NCBI GenBank assembly: GCA_964533825.1
Contig: CAZHMU010000001.1
Coordinates: 185,970-249,969, forward strand
Direction: 5' to 3'
Length of the DNA: 64,000 bases
From: an uncultured Oscillospiraceae bacterium
Lineage (GTDB): Bacteria; Bacillota; Clostridia; Christensenellales; CAG-314
Part shown: in pieces, positions 27,468 to 38,883 of the stretch
Position numbering within the stretch: position 1 is the stretch's first letter
Layout of the letters: every line of letters begins with the position of its first letter
Made by a program: the position numbers and the translations under genes
Notes under the pieces: generated by a model
Told to the model about the DNA's origin: nothing
What the model saw: only the letters and a program-made list of their open reading frames with translations
The model's database searches: none

Positions 27468-28088
27468 ATGAAACGATTTGTCATCGGTATTGCCGGAGGT
27501 ACTGGCTCTGGTAAAACTACTGTAGCTCGCAAAATTCACCAAGCATTTCACAATGACTCGGTGATACTTTCTCACGACTACTACTACAAGGATATTGCTC
27601 ACCTTTCCTTTGAAGAAAGATGCAAAGTAAACTTTGACCATCCTGATTCGCTGGATACAGAGCTGCTTGTAGATCACATCGGTAAACTCAAACAAGGCGA
27701 GTCCATTTTGCACCCTACCTACGACTTTGCAAAGCATATGCGAAATACCGAGTGGAAAAAGGTGGACAGCGCAAAAATCATCATTGTAGAAGGTATCTTG
27801 ATTTTTACCAACAAACAACTGTGCGACCTGTGCGACATCAAACTGTTTGTAGATACCGATGCCGATGTTAGATTCATACGCCGTTTGCGCCGTGACACCA
27901 ACAAACGCGGACGCAGTATGGAGTCGGTAGTAAATCAATATCTGTCCACAGTAAAACCAATGCACGAACAGTTCGTTGAGCCATCTAAGTCAAAAGCAGA
28001 CTTGATCATCCCAGAAGGCGGTCACAACACCATTGCCATCTCTATGATTACCGATGCAATCAACAAAATGATTTCCCAAAAAGGATAA
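27468..28088 (+). CDS. udk: Uridine kinase
   Basis: ATG 27468 follows AAAGGAG. MKRFVIGIAGGTGSGKTTVARKI (P-loop) ... IIVEGILIF. The ORF-track extension back to 27291 has no support. Confidence 0.92.
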   Translation: MKRFVIGIAGGTGSGKTTVARKIHQAFHNDSVILSHDYYYKDIAHLSFEERCKVNFDHPDSLDTELLVDHIGKLKQGESILHPTYDFAKHMRNTEWKKVDSAKIIIVEGILIFTNKQLCDLCDIKLFVDTDADVRFIRRLRRDTNKRGRSMESVVNQYLSTVKPMHEQFVEPSKSKADLIIPEGGHNTIAISMITDAINKMISQKG

Positions 28089-28092
28089 ACAA

Positions 28093-28890
28093 ATGAAAAT
28101 TACATTGAAAGGTGCAAGCAATGCGCGCGACCTTGGCGACATAGTTACACCATTGGGCAAAGTGCAACCAAAGCGTTTGATTCGTTGTGGGCACTTGGGT
28201 AAACTGGACCAAAACGACGCGCAACTTTTGTTGCAAAACAGGCTTGAGCGAGTTATTGACTTGCGTTCTCCATCGGAACAAGCAAACGTGCCAGATGTCA
28301 AAATTGAAGGGGTTAGCTACGTTACAATTCCCATCATTAGCGCGGCAACCTTTGGCATTACATACGAAAAGTCCACCGGCGAAGAAATTGGACAAATGTT
28401 GCAAGCAGGAATTGCTCGCATGATCGCTCGTGGCGAAAGCCCCAAACACCACTTGGAAATTTTGTACCGCAAGTTTGTCAACGACCAAGTCAGTCAAGAT
28501 GGCTACGGAGCATTTTTGAAACTACTGGCAAACAATCCAGTGGATGGAGCAACACTTTGGCACTGCTCGGCAGGTAAGGACCGCGTTGGCACCTGCACTG
28601 CACTGTTGTTGCACTGCCTTGGTGCATCCAAGGAGCAAATCATGACCGACTATCTTTTGACAAATGAGCAAAGCAAACCCTTCCTTGATATGGTTATGAG
28701 CAAAATCTGCGGAACACTTGATGAGGAGCAAATATCTTTGATCAAAAGAATGCTCTCCGTCAATGAAGGCTACCTAAATGCATTTTGGGAAGAAATTGAC
28801 ATCAAATACGGAGATGTTGACAAATTTATTTCCGCCTGTGGTGTTACACAAAGCGACATAGAAAAATTGCGCAAGAACTATTTGGAATAA
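28093..28890 (+). CDS. Protein-tyrosine phosphatase (Y_phosphatase3-like)
   Basis: 265 aa; CX5R active-site motif HCSAGKDRVGT. Confidence 0.8.
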   Translation: MKITLKGASNARDLGDIVTPLGKVQPKRLIRCGHLGKLDQNDAQLLLQNRLERVIDLRSPSEQANVPDVKIEGVSYVTIPIISAATFGITYEKSTGEEIGQMLQAGIARMIARGESPKHHLEILYRKFVNDQVSQDGYGAFLKLLANNPVDGATLWHCSAGKDRVGTCTALLLHCLGASKEQIMTDYLLTNEQSKPFLDMVMSKICGTLDEEQISLIKRMLSVNEGYLNAFWEEIDIKYGDVDKFISACGVTQSDIEKLRKNYLE

Positions 28891-28928
28891 ACAGAACAGC
28901 CAGTCAAGTAAAGATTTTTACGACATAA

Positions 28929-28962
28929 AAAGAGTAGCAGTTTTTTGCTACTCTTTATTTTT
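28929..28962 (+). terminator. Intrinsic terminator after the phosphatase gene
   Basis: 11-bp stem aaagagtagca/tgctactcttt followed by a T-run. Confidence 0.7.
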
Positions 28963-29061
28963 TACTGATATAAACACCCTACTTTGTTTGCAACGCGCGT
29001 TGGCTATATTTTGAAAGTCGCATTGCAAAATTAAACAGCTCGTCAAATTGGAATTTGTTGA

Positions 29062-29424
29062 TTACATAGGCGTTCCTACTTCGACTAAGTTACCATCCAA
29101 ATCGTAGAATCGGATTACTCGCTGCCCCCAACTGTGTGTCATAAGACGGTTTACATATTCAATCGTGGGATATAGTTTTTCTAATTTTTCAACAAATGCT
29201 TCGACATCCTGCTCCTCAAAATACAATTCGCAAGAGTTGCTTTTTGGAATAATATCTCTATCTAAAAATCTTTTCCATATTTTCTCATCTTGAAGGACAA
29301 GACCTTCAGTTAAGATCATATTGCCGTCGTTGTCAAGCACTAAATCTATTCCAAATAAGTCGTGATAGAATTTTCTCGATTTTTCTATATCTTTAACAAC
29401 GATCAAAATGTTCTTCAGTTTCAT
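29062..29424 (-). CDS. VOC/glyoxalase-family protein
   Basis: 120 aa; the N-terminus ILIVVKDIEKSRKFYHDLFG is typical of the VOC fold. Confidence 0.75.
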   Translation of the reverse strand: MKLKNILIVVKDIEKSRKFYHDLFGIDLVLDNDGNMILTEGLVLQDEKIWKRFLDRDIIPKSNSCELYFEEQDVEAFVEKLEKLYPTIEYVNRLMTHSWGQRVIRFYDLDGNLVEVGTPM

Positions 29425-29545
29425 ATTGTATCTCCGTCAAATTCTTATTTATCGGTAGGTTTATTATACCTAAAAATTAAATTCAACTCAAGTGGTTTTT
29501 GATGGGTAAAAGAAAATTTTGTTTTAACAATTCTATGTTTGAATA

Positions 29546-30769
29546 TTAGCGTTTGAAGGGCAACAAGTCCTCTTCGGAGAACATCTTGTCTGTTACCAAA
29601 TCGCAAGCAAGCAAACTTGCCTTTTTGATAGCACCATAACCAAACTTTTTGCGAATTTGGTCAACAGAAAGCTCCAGTTGCAAAGCGCGTTGGTCGTTGT
29701 CATCAAAGATTCCCAGTTGCACCCTGCCACCAACATCGCACAAACCGCCCACACCAACAGATAAGGAACGCAACGGCATGTCCGTTTGTGCCTTCCACAT
29801 ATCTTTGAGTAGAGTGCAAGCTGTGCGGTAGATATCGGCAGAATTGTTAGTTTGGGGGACGTGACATTGCCTACTTTCGTGCGTGAGATTGTTTCGACGT
29901 ATGTCCAAATGGACAATGTTGCCAAAAAATCCGTACCTACGCAAGCGTGTTGCTACCATATCGGACAAAAACTCGATGACTTGGTGCGCATCTTGGAAAG
30001 TTTCCATATCGCGCAGTGTCGTTATGCCGTGAGAAACGCTTTTGATTTCCCTTTGTACGTCGCAGTTACGAACAGGTTCTTCGTCTTCGCCCTTGGCACT
30101 ACGTTGCATACGCTCGCCGATGATACCAAAGGCCTTGACAAGAGCTTCTGTGCTGGCATTTGCAAGCTGTCCCAAGTTGAAAATACCCATTCGGTTGAGC
30201 TTTGTTTTGGTGTGACGGCCGATGTATAGCATCTCCTCTACTGGCAAATTCCAAACAATATCCTTGTAGTTTTGTCGGCTAATTTCCGTTGTAGCATCAG
30301 GCTTTTTGAGGTCGCTACCCAGTTTGGCAAATGTTTTAGTAAAGGACACGCCTACCGATATAGTAAGTCCGGTTTCTGCGCGTACTTGGTTGCGGATTTT
30401 TTCCGCAATCTCAAATGGAGTGCCAAAAATTTTGCAGTCGGTAACATCCAGCCAGCATTCGTCCAGTCCAAACCCCTCTACCTTGTCGGTGTACTGCTCG
30501 TAGATTTTGCGTACAGCCTTGGAGTAATGCACATAGTACTCAAAATGCGGTGGCACACAAACAAGATTGGGGCACTTCTTTTTGGCTTGCCAAATAGCCT
30601 CACCTGTTTGCACACCCATACTTTTGGCAAGGGTGTTTTTGGCAAGGATGATTCCAGTGCGCGTCTCTGGATTGCCAGATACAGCAATAGCTTTACCAAC
30701 AAGCGTTGGGTCGATGGTTTGCTCTACCGAGGCATAGAAGTTGTTCAAGTCGCAATGCAGTACGTCCAT
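29546..30769 (-). CDS. dinB: DNA polymerase IV (Y-family)
   Basis: MDVLHCDLNNFYASVEQ...AVSG....GIILAKN; 407 aa. Confidence 0.92.
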   Translation of the reverse strand: MDVLHCDLNNFYASVEQTIDPTLVGKAIAVSGNPETRTGIILAKNTLAKSMGVQTGEAIWQAKKKCPNLVCVPPHFEYYVHYSKAVRKIYEQYTDKVEGFGLDECWLDVTDCKIFGTPFEIAEKIRNQVRAETGLTISVGVSFTKTFAKLGSDLKKPDATTEISRQNYKDIVWNLPVEEMLYIGRHTKTKLNRMGIFNLGQLANASTEALVKAFGIIGERMQRSAKGEDEEPVRNCDVQREIKSVSHGITTLRDMETFQDAHQVIEFLSDMVATRLRRYGFFGNIVHLDIRRNNLTHESRQCHVPQTNNSADIYRTACTLLKDMWKAQTDMPLRSLSVGVGGLCDVGGRVQLGIFDDNDQRALQLELSVDQIRKKFGYGAIKKASLLACDLVTDKMFSEEDLLPFKR

Positions 30770-30839
30770 GTTTGTCCTTTTATAAAAATACGCAAGTTGT
30801 CACCATTAGCATTGGTATTTCCAACCGTTTGTCACTCAT

Positions 30840-30868
30840 ATTTTAGAACATTTGTTCGTATTTGTCAA
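30840..30868 (-). promoter_or_regulatory. dinB promoter TTGACA-17-TAAAAT
   Basis: Minus strand: TTGACA (30868-30863), 17-nt spacer, TAAAAT (30845-30840). Confidence 0.55.
30846..30857. promoter_or_regulatory. LexA (Cheo/SOS) box GAACATTTGTTC
   Basis: Perfect GAAC-N4-GTTC palindrome lying entirely within the spacer of the predicted dinB promoter. dinB is a canonical SOS gene. Confidence 0.65.
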
Positions 30869-31026
30869 GGACTATTTGGTAATTTGTAAAATTTCGCATT
30901 GGGGTAAAACAGGCGATAAACATAGGTTTGTGCCGACAAAACTATTGGAACTTGCTAATCCATCTACACAGATGGGTAATTATTGCAGTTTTATTAAAAG
31001 CAAGCAAAAGGTCACAAATCATCAAG

Positions 31027-31059
31027 CAAAAAGACAATCTCCCTGCGAGATTGTCTTTT
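31027..31059 (-). terminator. Intrinsic terminator after the acyltransferase-like gene
   Basis: 12-bp stem aaagacaatctc/gagattgtcttt with T/A runs on both sides. Confidence 0.55.
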
Positions 31060-31093
31060 GAAATGAAACTATTTTACTGTTTTGCTTTGCGCA

Positions 31094-32248
31094 CTACTCA
31101 GCAGCTGTTGTGGTTGTTGTGTCATCATCAACAAATTGCTTGATGTAGCAACGATGGCGTTTGTGTTGTGGCGCGTGGAAATACTTGACCATGTTTTGAA
31201 TTGGATTGTTGTGCTCCAACATCAAGTTGCTTTCTGCGTGGTCGATTTCGCTGAGCAAATCCCACAAACGGCACAAAATAGCAGCGTTGATACCTTTGTT
31301 TTTGTATTCGTCAATTACGCCGATAAGGCAAACGTCTAGAACTTCTGGCTTGTTGATGGCTTTTAGCAAACGGAACAAGCATGGAATTGTCAAACGACCA
31401 CCAGAAGGTTGCACCGCTTTAGCAATGGATGGGAACACAATACCAAAGGATACAATGTTGTCGTTTTCATCCAAAATGAGTGGCACGTACTTTGGTTTTA
31501 CCATCAGTTTGAATTGGTCAAGAACGCCATCCATAACCTTTCTGCTAAATGGAACTGTGCCGTAAATTTTGGAGTAAGTATCTTCCCAAATGGCAAAGAT
31601 TTTGTCTACGTACTTTTTGAGGAACTTGTTTTTGTTTGTTTCTGTTGAGAAATGAAGATTGTACTTCTTCATCATTTTGTCGGAAATTTCCTTGACGCGA
31701 GGATCCATCCCCCCCCCTTTTGGAAGGTAGAGTTTGTTACCTGTCCAGTCGACGTCCTTTTGATAACCGTAGTTTTCGATGAGAGCTTGGTAGTATTCGA
31801 AGTTGTAGTTTTCTTCGAAGGTGGCAAGTTGGTCGAAGCCTTCAATCAAAAGACCTTCTCTTTCCATATCGGAGTAGCCCAAAGGTCCAACAATTTCCGT
31901 CATACCAAGAGACTTGCCCCAATCTTCCACTGCGGACAAAAGAGCGTTGGCAACTTCTTGATCGTTGATGCTTTCAAAACGAGTAAAGCGAACGCGAGAT
32001 TGCCCCCACTTTTCGTTAGCAGCAAATTGCCAAATACCATGGATGCGTCCCACTACTTGACCATCACGTACCGCCAAAAAGAAAGTGGACTTGGATTGAT
32101 CGTTGTAAGTAAAGTCATCCTTGAACATTGCCATTTCGTCGGCATAGAGAGGTGGAACGTAGTATGGGTTGCCTTTGTACAATTTGAGCGGGAGCTCCAC
32201 AAATTGTTTGCGTTGTTTTTTGGTGGTTACTGGTATGATTTGTACCAT
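31094..32248 (-). CDS. Uncharacterised GNAT-fold-like acyltransferase family protein
   Basis: 384 aa. The N-terminus (KKQRKQFVELPLKLYKGNPYYVPPL) and IGVIDEYKNKGINAAIL resemble a two-domain GNAT-like family. The assignment is from memory only. Confidence 0.45.
   Translation of the reverse strand: MVQIIPVTTKKQRKQFVELPLKLYKGNPYYVPPLYADEMAMFKDDFTYNDQSKSTFFLAVRDGQVVGRIHGIWQFAANEKWGQSRVRFTRFESINDQEVANALLSAVEDWGKSLGMTEIVGPLGYSDMEREGLLIEGFDQLATFEENYNFEYYQALIENYGYQKDVDWTGNKLYLPKGGGMDPRVKEISDKMMKKYNLHFSTETNKNKFLKKYVDKIFAIWEDTYSKIYGTVPFSRKVMDGVLDQFKLMVKPKYVPLILDENDNIVSFGIVFPSIAKAVQPSGGRLTIPCLFRLLKAINKPEVLDVCLIGVIDEYKNKGINAAILCRLWDLLSEIDHAESNLMLEHNNPIQNMVKYFHAPQHKRHRCYIKQFVDDDTTTTTAAE
31709..31717. repeat. 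C9/G9 homopolymer inside the coding sequence
   Basis: Nine consecutive C on the + strand, counted directly. On the coding strand this is AAA GGG GGG GGG ATG, encoding K-G-G-G-M of LPKGGGMDP. Confidence 0.95.
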
Positions 32249-32615
32249 AATATATCTCCTCTATGGTAAATTTTGTTGCGATTGCCCCATCGCATTTGCT
32301 ACATTTTAGCACTTTTTTTACTGTTTGTAAATGGATATTTAACATTTGTTTAATATTTTGTAAATAAATGTTAAAATTTGTAGTATTTTTGACCTTGTTT
32401 TGACATAAACTCGGTCTATAAATGGTTGTGATGTGAAGTTATTTTGGGCGTTATATGCCAGTCTATGCTGATGTAGCGGTAGGATTATCGCTAAATTTTA
32501 GTAAAATTTTGATAAACTTTGCCTTAAAGGAAATAAGAGTATTGACTAATTTTGCGTTTGCTGTTAAAATAGTTATCAATGGGTTATGCCCAAAATACTT
32601 TTAGGAGATAAAACA

Positions 32616-33626
32616 ATGATTAAAATCGTCGTTGATGCTTACGGTGGAGATAACAGTCCACTTGTCAACTTTGAAGGAACATTGAAAGCACTACAAAATT
32701 TGCCAGAAGTAGAAATCGTACTTGTTGGCAATCAAGAAGAAATTGAAAACTTTTTTGCAGACAAAGATTACGACAAAAGTCGTTTGACAATTTTGCACGC
32801 ACCCGAAGCTATTACCTGCCACGACAAACCAACAGATGCAATCAAACACAAAAAGGAAAGCTCTTTGTACAAGGCATTTGAATTGATGAAGCATGACGAA
32901 AGCGCACGCGCGCTTGTAAGTATTGGTTCTACTGGTGCAGTATTGGCTGGCGCGGTATTGCGTGTTGGTCGCATCAAGGGCGTAAAGCGTCCTGCATTTT
33001 GCCCTATTTTGCCAACAGTACAAAACGGATTGGTTGCCATTTGCGATAGCGGAGCAAACGTTGACTGCGATCCAGTGAACTTGCAACAATTTGCAATGAT
33101 GGCAAGCTTGTATATGCAAAAAGCATACGGAGTAGAAAATCCACGCGTTGCACTACTCAACATCGGCGCTGAAGCGGAAAAGGGCAATCAACTCGCTAAA
33201 GACACCTACCCACTTTTGCAAAATACAAAGGGTATCAACTTTGTTGGCAACATGGAAGGCAGAGAAGTGCTTGATGGCAACGTTGATGTTGTTGTATGTG
33301 ATGGCTTTGATGGCAACGTACTTTTGAAATCTACCGAAGGCGCTTGCTTGAATATGCTCAAGCTTGTTAAGCGTGCATTCATGGCAAACTTTGTATCCAA
33401 AATGGGTGCACTGCTTTTGAAGAAAGAAGTAGTAAAACTCAAAAGTTTGATGGACTACAACAACTACGGTGGAGCTGTTTTGTTGGGCGCAAACAAAACC
33501 ATTGTAAAAGGTCATGGAAGCAGCAAGGCAGAAGCAGTTTTCCAATGCATCAAGCAAGCATACAATATGGAAGTAAACAACCTTTGCCAAGCAATCGGTC
33601 AAGCAATCGCAGATCAAAACAAATAA
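32616..33626 (+). CDS. plsX: Phosphate acyltransferase PlsX
   Basis: ATG 32616 follows AGGAG. MIKIVVDAYGGDNSP...; 336 aa. Confidence 0.93.
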   Translation: MIKIVVDAYGGDNSPLVNFEGTLKALQNLPEVEIVLVGNQEEIENFFADKDYDKSRLTILHAPEAITCHDKPTDAIKHKKESSLYKAFELMKHDESARALVSIGSTGAVLAGAVLRVGRIKGVKRPAFCPILPTVQNGLVAICDSGANVDCDPVNLQQFAMMASLYMQKAYGVENPRVALLNIGAEAEKGNQLAKDTYPLLQNTKGINFVGNMEGREVLDGNVDVVVCDGFDGNVLLKSTEGACLNMLKLVKRAFMANFVSKMGALLLKKEVVKLKSLMDYNNYGGAVLLGANKTIVKGHGSSKAEAVFQCIKQAYNMEVNNLCQAIGQAIADQNK

Positions 33627-33645
33627 TATAATTTTGGGCTACATA

Positions 33646-33677
33646 AAAATCCGCAACACAAAAATTGCGGATTTTTT
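33646..33677 (+). terminator. Intrinsic terminator after plsX
   Basis: 11-bp stem aaaatccgcaa/ttgcggatttt followed by a T-run. Confidence 0.7.
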
Positions 33678-33857
33678 ATTGCTTGCTCTACTTGATTGAG
33701 TTTTGCTCAGTTAGCCATTTGAAAATTGCAATTCAGGCCCACCAAACTAAACTAACATTTGCGGAAAAATCTTTAATTATATGGACCAATGGCAAAATGC
33801 ATTACAGGACGCATATTAAAAATCAAATTGCATAGCAACAGTATTTACAGCAAACGC

Positions 33858-34289
33858 TTACAAATTCAAATAGGTAAACTGACTGCCTTTGTTGTCACGC
33901 AGACGGAGAAATCTTTTGATAAGAATTGCCATCGTGGCGATGAACTCTGCATTGGTTGGTGGAGTTTTACCTACAATGTCGTAACGAAAAATGCGATTTG
34001 CGTGTTTAAGCGTACCATCATTAAAACAAGTTATCAGTGAGTGGCGAATAGCTTTGCTAACACTCGCCTCCGAGCAGGAATATCTCTTGGCAATCACAGG
34101 ATATACCTCTTCCGTCAAATTGATGTTGTGTTTGTCTTCAATGCAGACTTGCACCAAACAATCGCGCAGATATATTCGTCCCACGAGACAATTTCTAAAT
34201 GCCAATGCCAACATTAAGTCTTCCACAAAGTAGTGGATGCTTTGTTCGTAATCTTGTAAGTTTTCAGCTAAAGTGTTTGTAGTTTCCAT
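33858..34289 (-). CDS. Stand-alone Spo0A_C-like DNA-binding protein (no receiver domain)
   Basis: 143 aa; RBS AGGAG. LTEEVYPVIAKRYSCSEASVSKAIRHSLITCFNDG...KTPPTNAEFIATMA parallels the Spo0A C-domain (ITKELYP.IAKKF.TT.S.VERAIRHAI...KPTNSEFIA). Confidence 0.65.
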   Translation of the reverse strand: METTNTLAENLQDYEQSIHYFVEDLMLALAFRNCLVGRIYLRDCLVQVCIEDKHNINLTEEVYPVIAKRYSCSEASVSKAIRHSLITCFNDGTLKHANRIFRYDIVGKTPPTNAEFIATMAILIKRFLRLRDNKGSQFTYLNL

Positions 34290-34730
34290 AAAATATCTCT
34301 CCTAAAATAACTTCACACTGATTATATCACATATCCTGACAAAATGCAACATTTTTGAACAAATTTTTACATTTGAACAAAACACTTTTTAACGGATATT
34401 TTGGCACAGTATGGGTTATTTTGTACATATGTGTAAAAATATGGACTTTTTGAGGGCTTTTGGAATACTTTTGAACTGTTTGCGGAATAGGCTTTCACTA
34501 TTGGAAAATCTGATGGAACCCGGATGACACGTCTACAACTGTGATATATTCCCCTTGTCAGAAACAGCAATACCAAGCATATATATAATTATTTTACTTT
34601 ACAAAATAAACTGAAAGTGCTAAACTAATTTGGTTGCTCAAAGGATAATTTTGAAAGAATAAGTGCGTGTCATTTATGATAAAAGTTGACTTTGTTTTTA
34701 AGGTCAACAGAACGAGTTTTCGGAGAAAAT

Positions 34731-36140
34731 ATGTCACAAATTGCAAAGAAAGAGGGGACTGTGGACTTAACACAGGGAAACCTGCTAAAACAAATAATCT
34801 TATTTACACTGCCCATCATTGCGACGGGCGTTTTGCAGTTACTTTTTAACACTGCCGATTTGATTGTCGTAAAGTCAGCAAGCGAAACAGCAAGTGGAGC
34901 TGTTAGTGCCACTCACGCACTAAACAACCTTACAGTAAACCTAATCATGGGTTTATCCATTGGTGCAGGTGTTCTGGTGGCCAAATATTTTGGCGCAAAT
35001 GATAAAGAAGGTATGTACGAAGTTGTTCACACATCCTTTCCCACTGCCTTCTTTGGCGGACTAATATTTGGCTTGATTGGCTTTATACTTGCGCGACCAC
35101 TTTTGGAGCTATTCAATACGCCAGCAAACATGATTGACCAATCGGTTGCTTACATCCGCATCATATTTTGTGGCGTACCTTTCAACGTTGTGTACAACTT
35201 TGGTGCATCAATTTTGCGTTCGGTAGGTAATGCTCGCAAACCACTACTCTTCCTTACCATTGCAGGCATAACTAACGTATTTTTGAATATGTTTTTTGTA
35301 TTTGTTTGCAAAATGGATGTAGAAGGTGTTGCTATTGCTACCATTGCATCTCAACTGCTTTCTGCGATTTTGGTTGTGCGCGAGTTGACAAGAGTTGACG
35401 GACCACACAAATTACATCTCAAAGAAATGAAAATTTATCCCAAACAACTGAGAAAAATGATTGTCATCGGCCTGCCAGCAGGCATTCAAGGGGCAATGTT
35501 TAGCATTTCCAACATTGTGATCCAATCAAGCGTAAACAGTTTTGGCGAATTGGTTGTCACAGCAAACGGTGCAGCGCACAACATTGAAGGATACGTGTAC
35601 ACCTGCATGAACAGCTTTCACCAAGCAGCCGTAGCATTTGTAGGCCAACATGTGGGAGCAAAAAAGCACAAGCGCATTTTGAACATTGCACTAACCTGCG
35701 TTGCCTGCGTTGTTACGGTTGGAATTGTATTGGGCTCTGGTGCATATCTACTTGGCGAACCACTACTAAAATTGCTCATCAACGAAAATATTGTTGGCGA
35801 TACTCTTGAGTTTGGCCTACTGCGACTGTCTATCATTGGCACGACCTACTGTTTATGCGGTTTTATGGACGTTATGTGCGGTATTTTGCGCGGTATGGGG
35901 AAATCTACCGAACCTATGATAATAACCATCCTGTCCGTCTGTGGAATCCGCATTTTGTGGATTTGCACTGTCTTTGCACAACATCGCACACTTCAAACGC
36001 TCTATCTATCCTACCCCATTTCCTGGGCAATTTGTGTTGTTGTCGAAATTGTTTTCTTTATCTTTACATACGCAAATATGATGAAGAAAATCAAGCAAGA
36101 AAATGCACTTTTGCAACAAAATCAAACAGCGCAGCAATAA
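34731..36140 (+). CDS. MATE-family efflux transporter
   Basis: MSQIAKKEGTVDLTQGNLLKQIILFTLPIIATGVLQLLFNTADLIVV is a typical MATE N-terminus. About 12 TMs; about 469 aa from ATG 34731. Confidence 0.9.
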   Translation: MSQIAKKEGTVDLTQGNLLKQIILFTLPIIATGVLQLLFNTADLIVVKSASETASGAVSATHALNNLTVNLIMGLSIGAGVLVAKYFGANDKEGMYEVVHTSFPTAFFGGLIFGLIGFILARPLLELFNTPANMIDQSVAYIRIIFCGVPFNVVYNFGASILRSVGNARKPLLFLTIAGITNVFLNMFFVFVCKMDVEGVAIATIASQLLSAILVVRELTRVDGPHKLHLKEMKIYPKQLRKMIVIGLPAGIQGAMFSISNIVIQSSVNSFGELVVTANGAAHNIEGYVYTCMNSFHQAAVAFVGQHVGAKKHKRILNIALTCVACVVTVGIVLGSGAYLLGEPLLKLLINENIVGDTLEFGLLRLSIIGTTYCLCGFMDVMCGILRGMGKSTEPMIITILSVCGIRILWICTVFAQHRTLQTLYLSYPISWAICVVVEIVFFIFTYANMMKKIKQENALLQQNQTAQQ

Positions 36141-36188
36141 TTTTTGTATTCCAAACGTTATTTACCAGAAAACATTTTCATCCCTTAA

Positions 36189-38756
<2,568 letters not shown>

Positions 38757-38760
38757 GTAA

Positions 38761-38798
38761 GCACAAAAAGAGTACCAAATTTGGTACTCTTTTTGTGC
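38761..38798 (+). terminator. Intrinsic terminator after the beta-galactosidase gene
   Basis: 17-bp perfect stem gcacaaaaagagtacca/tggtactctttttgtgc. Confidence 0.7.
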
Positions 38799-38828
38799 TT
38801 GAAAGGGCTATTATTTGCATTTTGACTA

Positions 38829-38857
38829 TTGAACTTTACCAATGATTGTGATATAAT
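38829..38857 (+). promoter_or_regulatory. Possible promoter TTGAAC-17-TATAAT for the permease gene
   Basis: Hexamers and spacing read directly, 27 nt upstream of ATG 38884. Confidence 0.4.
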
Positions 38858-38883
38858 AACTAAATACAAAAGTTGGAGAAAAT

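Noticed and set aside
38757-38883. Purine riboswitch upstream of the purine permease, and cre sites upstream of the beta-galactosidase and pullulanase genes.
   Set aside because: The leader is only about 25 nt after the predicted promoter and lacks riboswitch core motifs. I could identify no convincing TGNAANCGNTNNCA match by eye.
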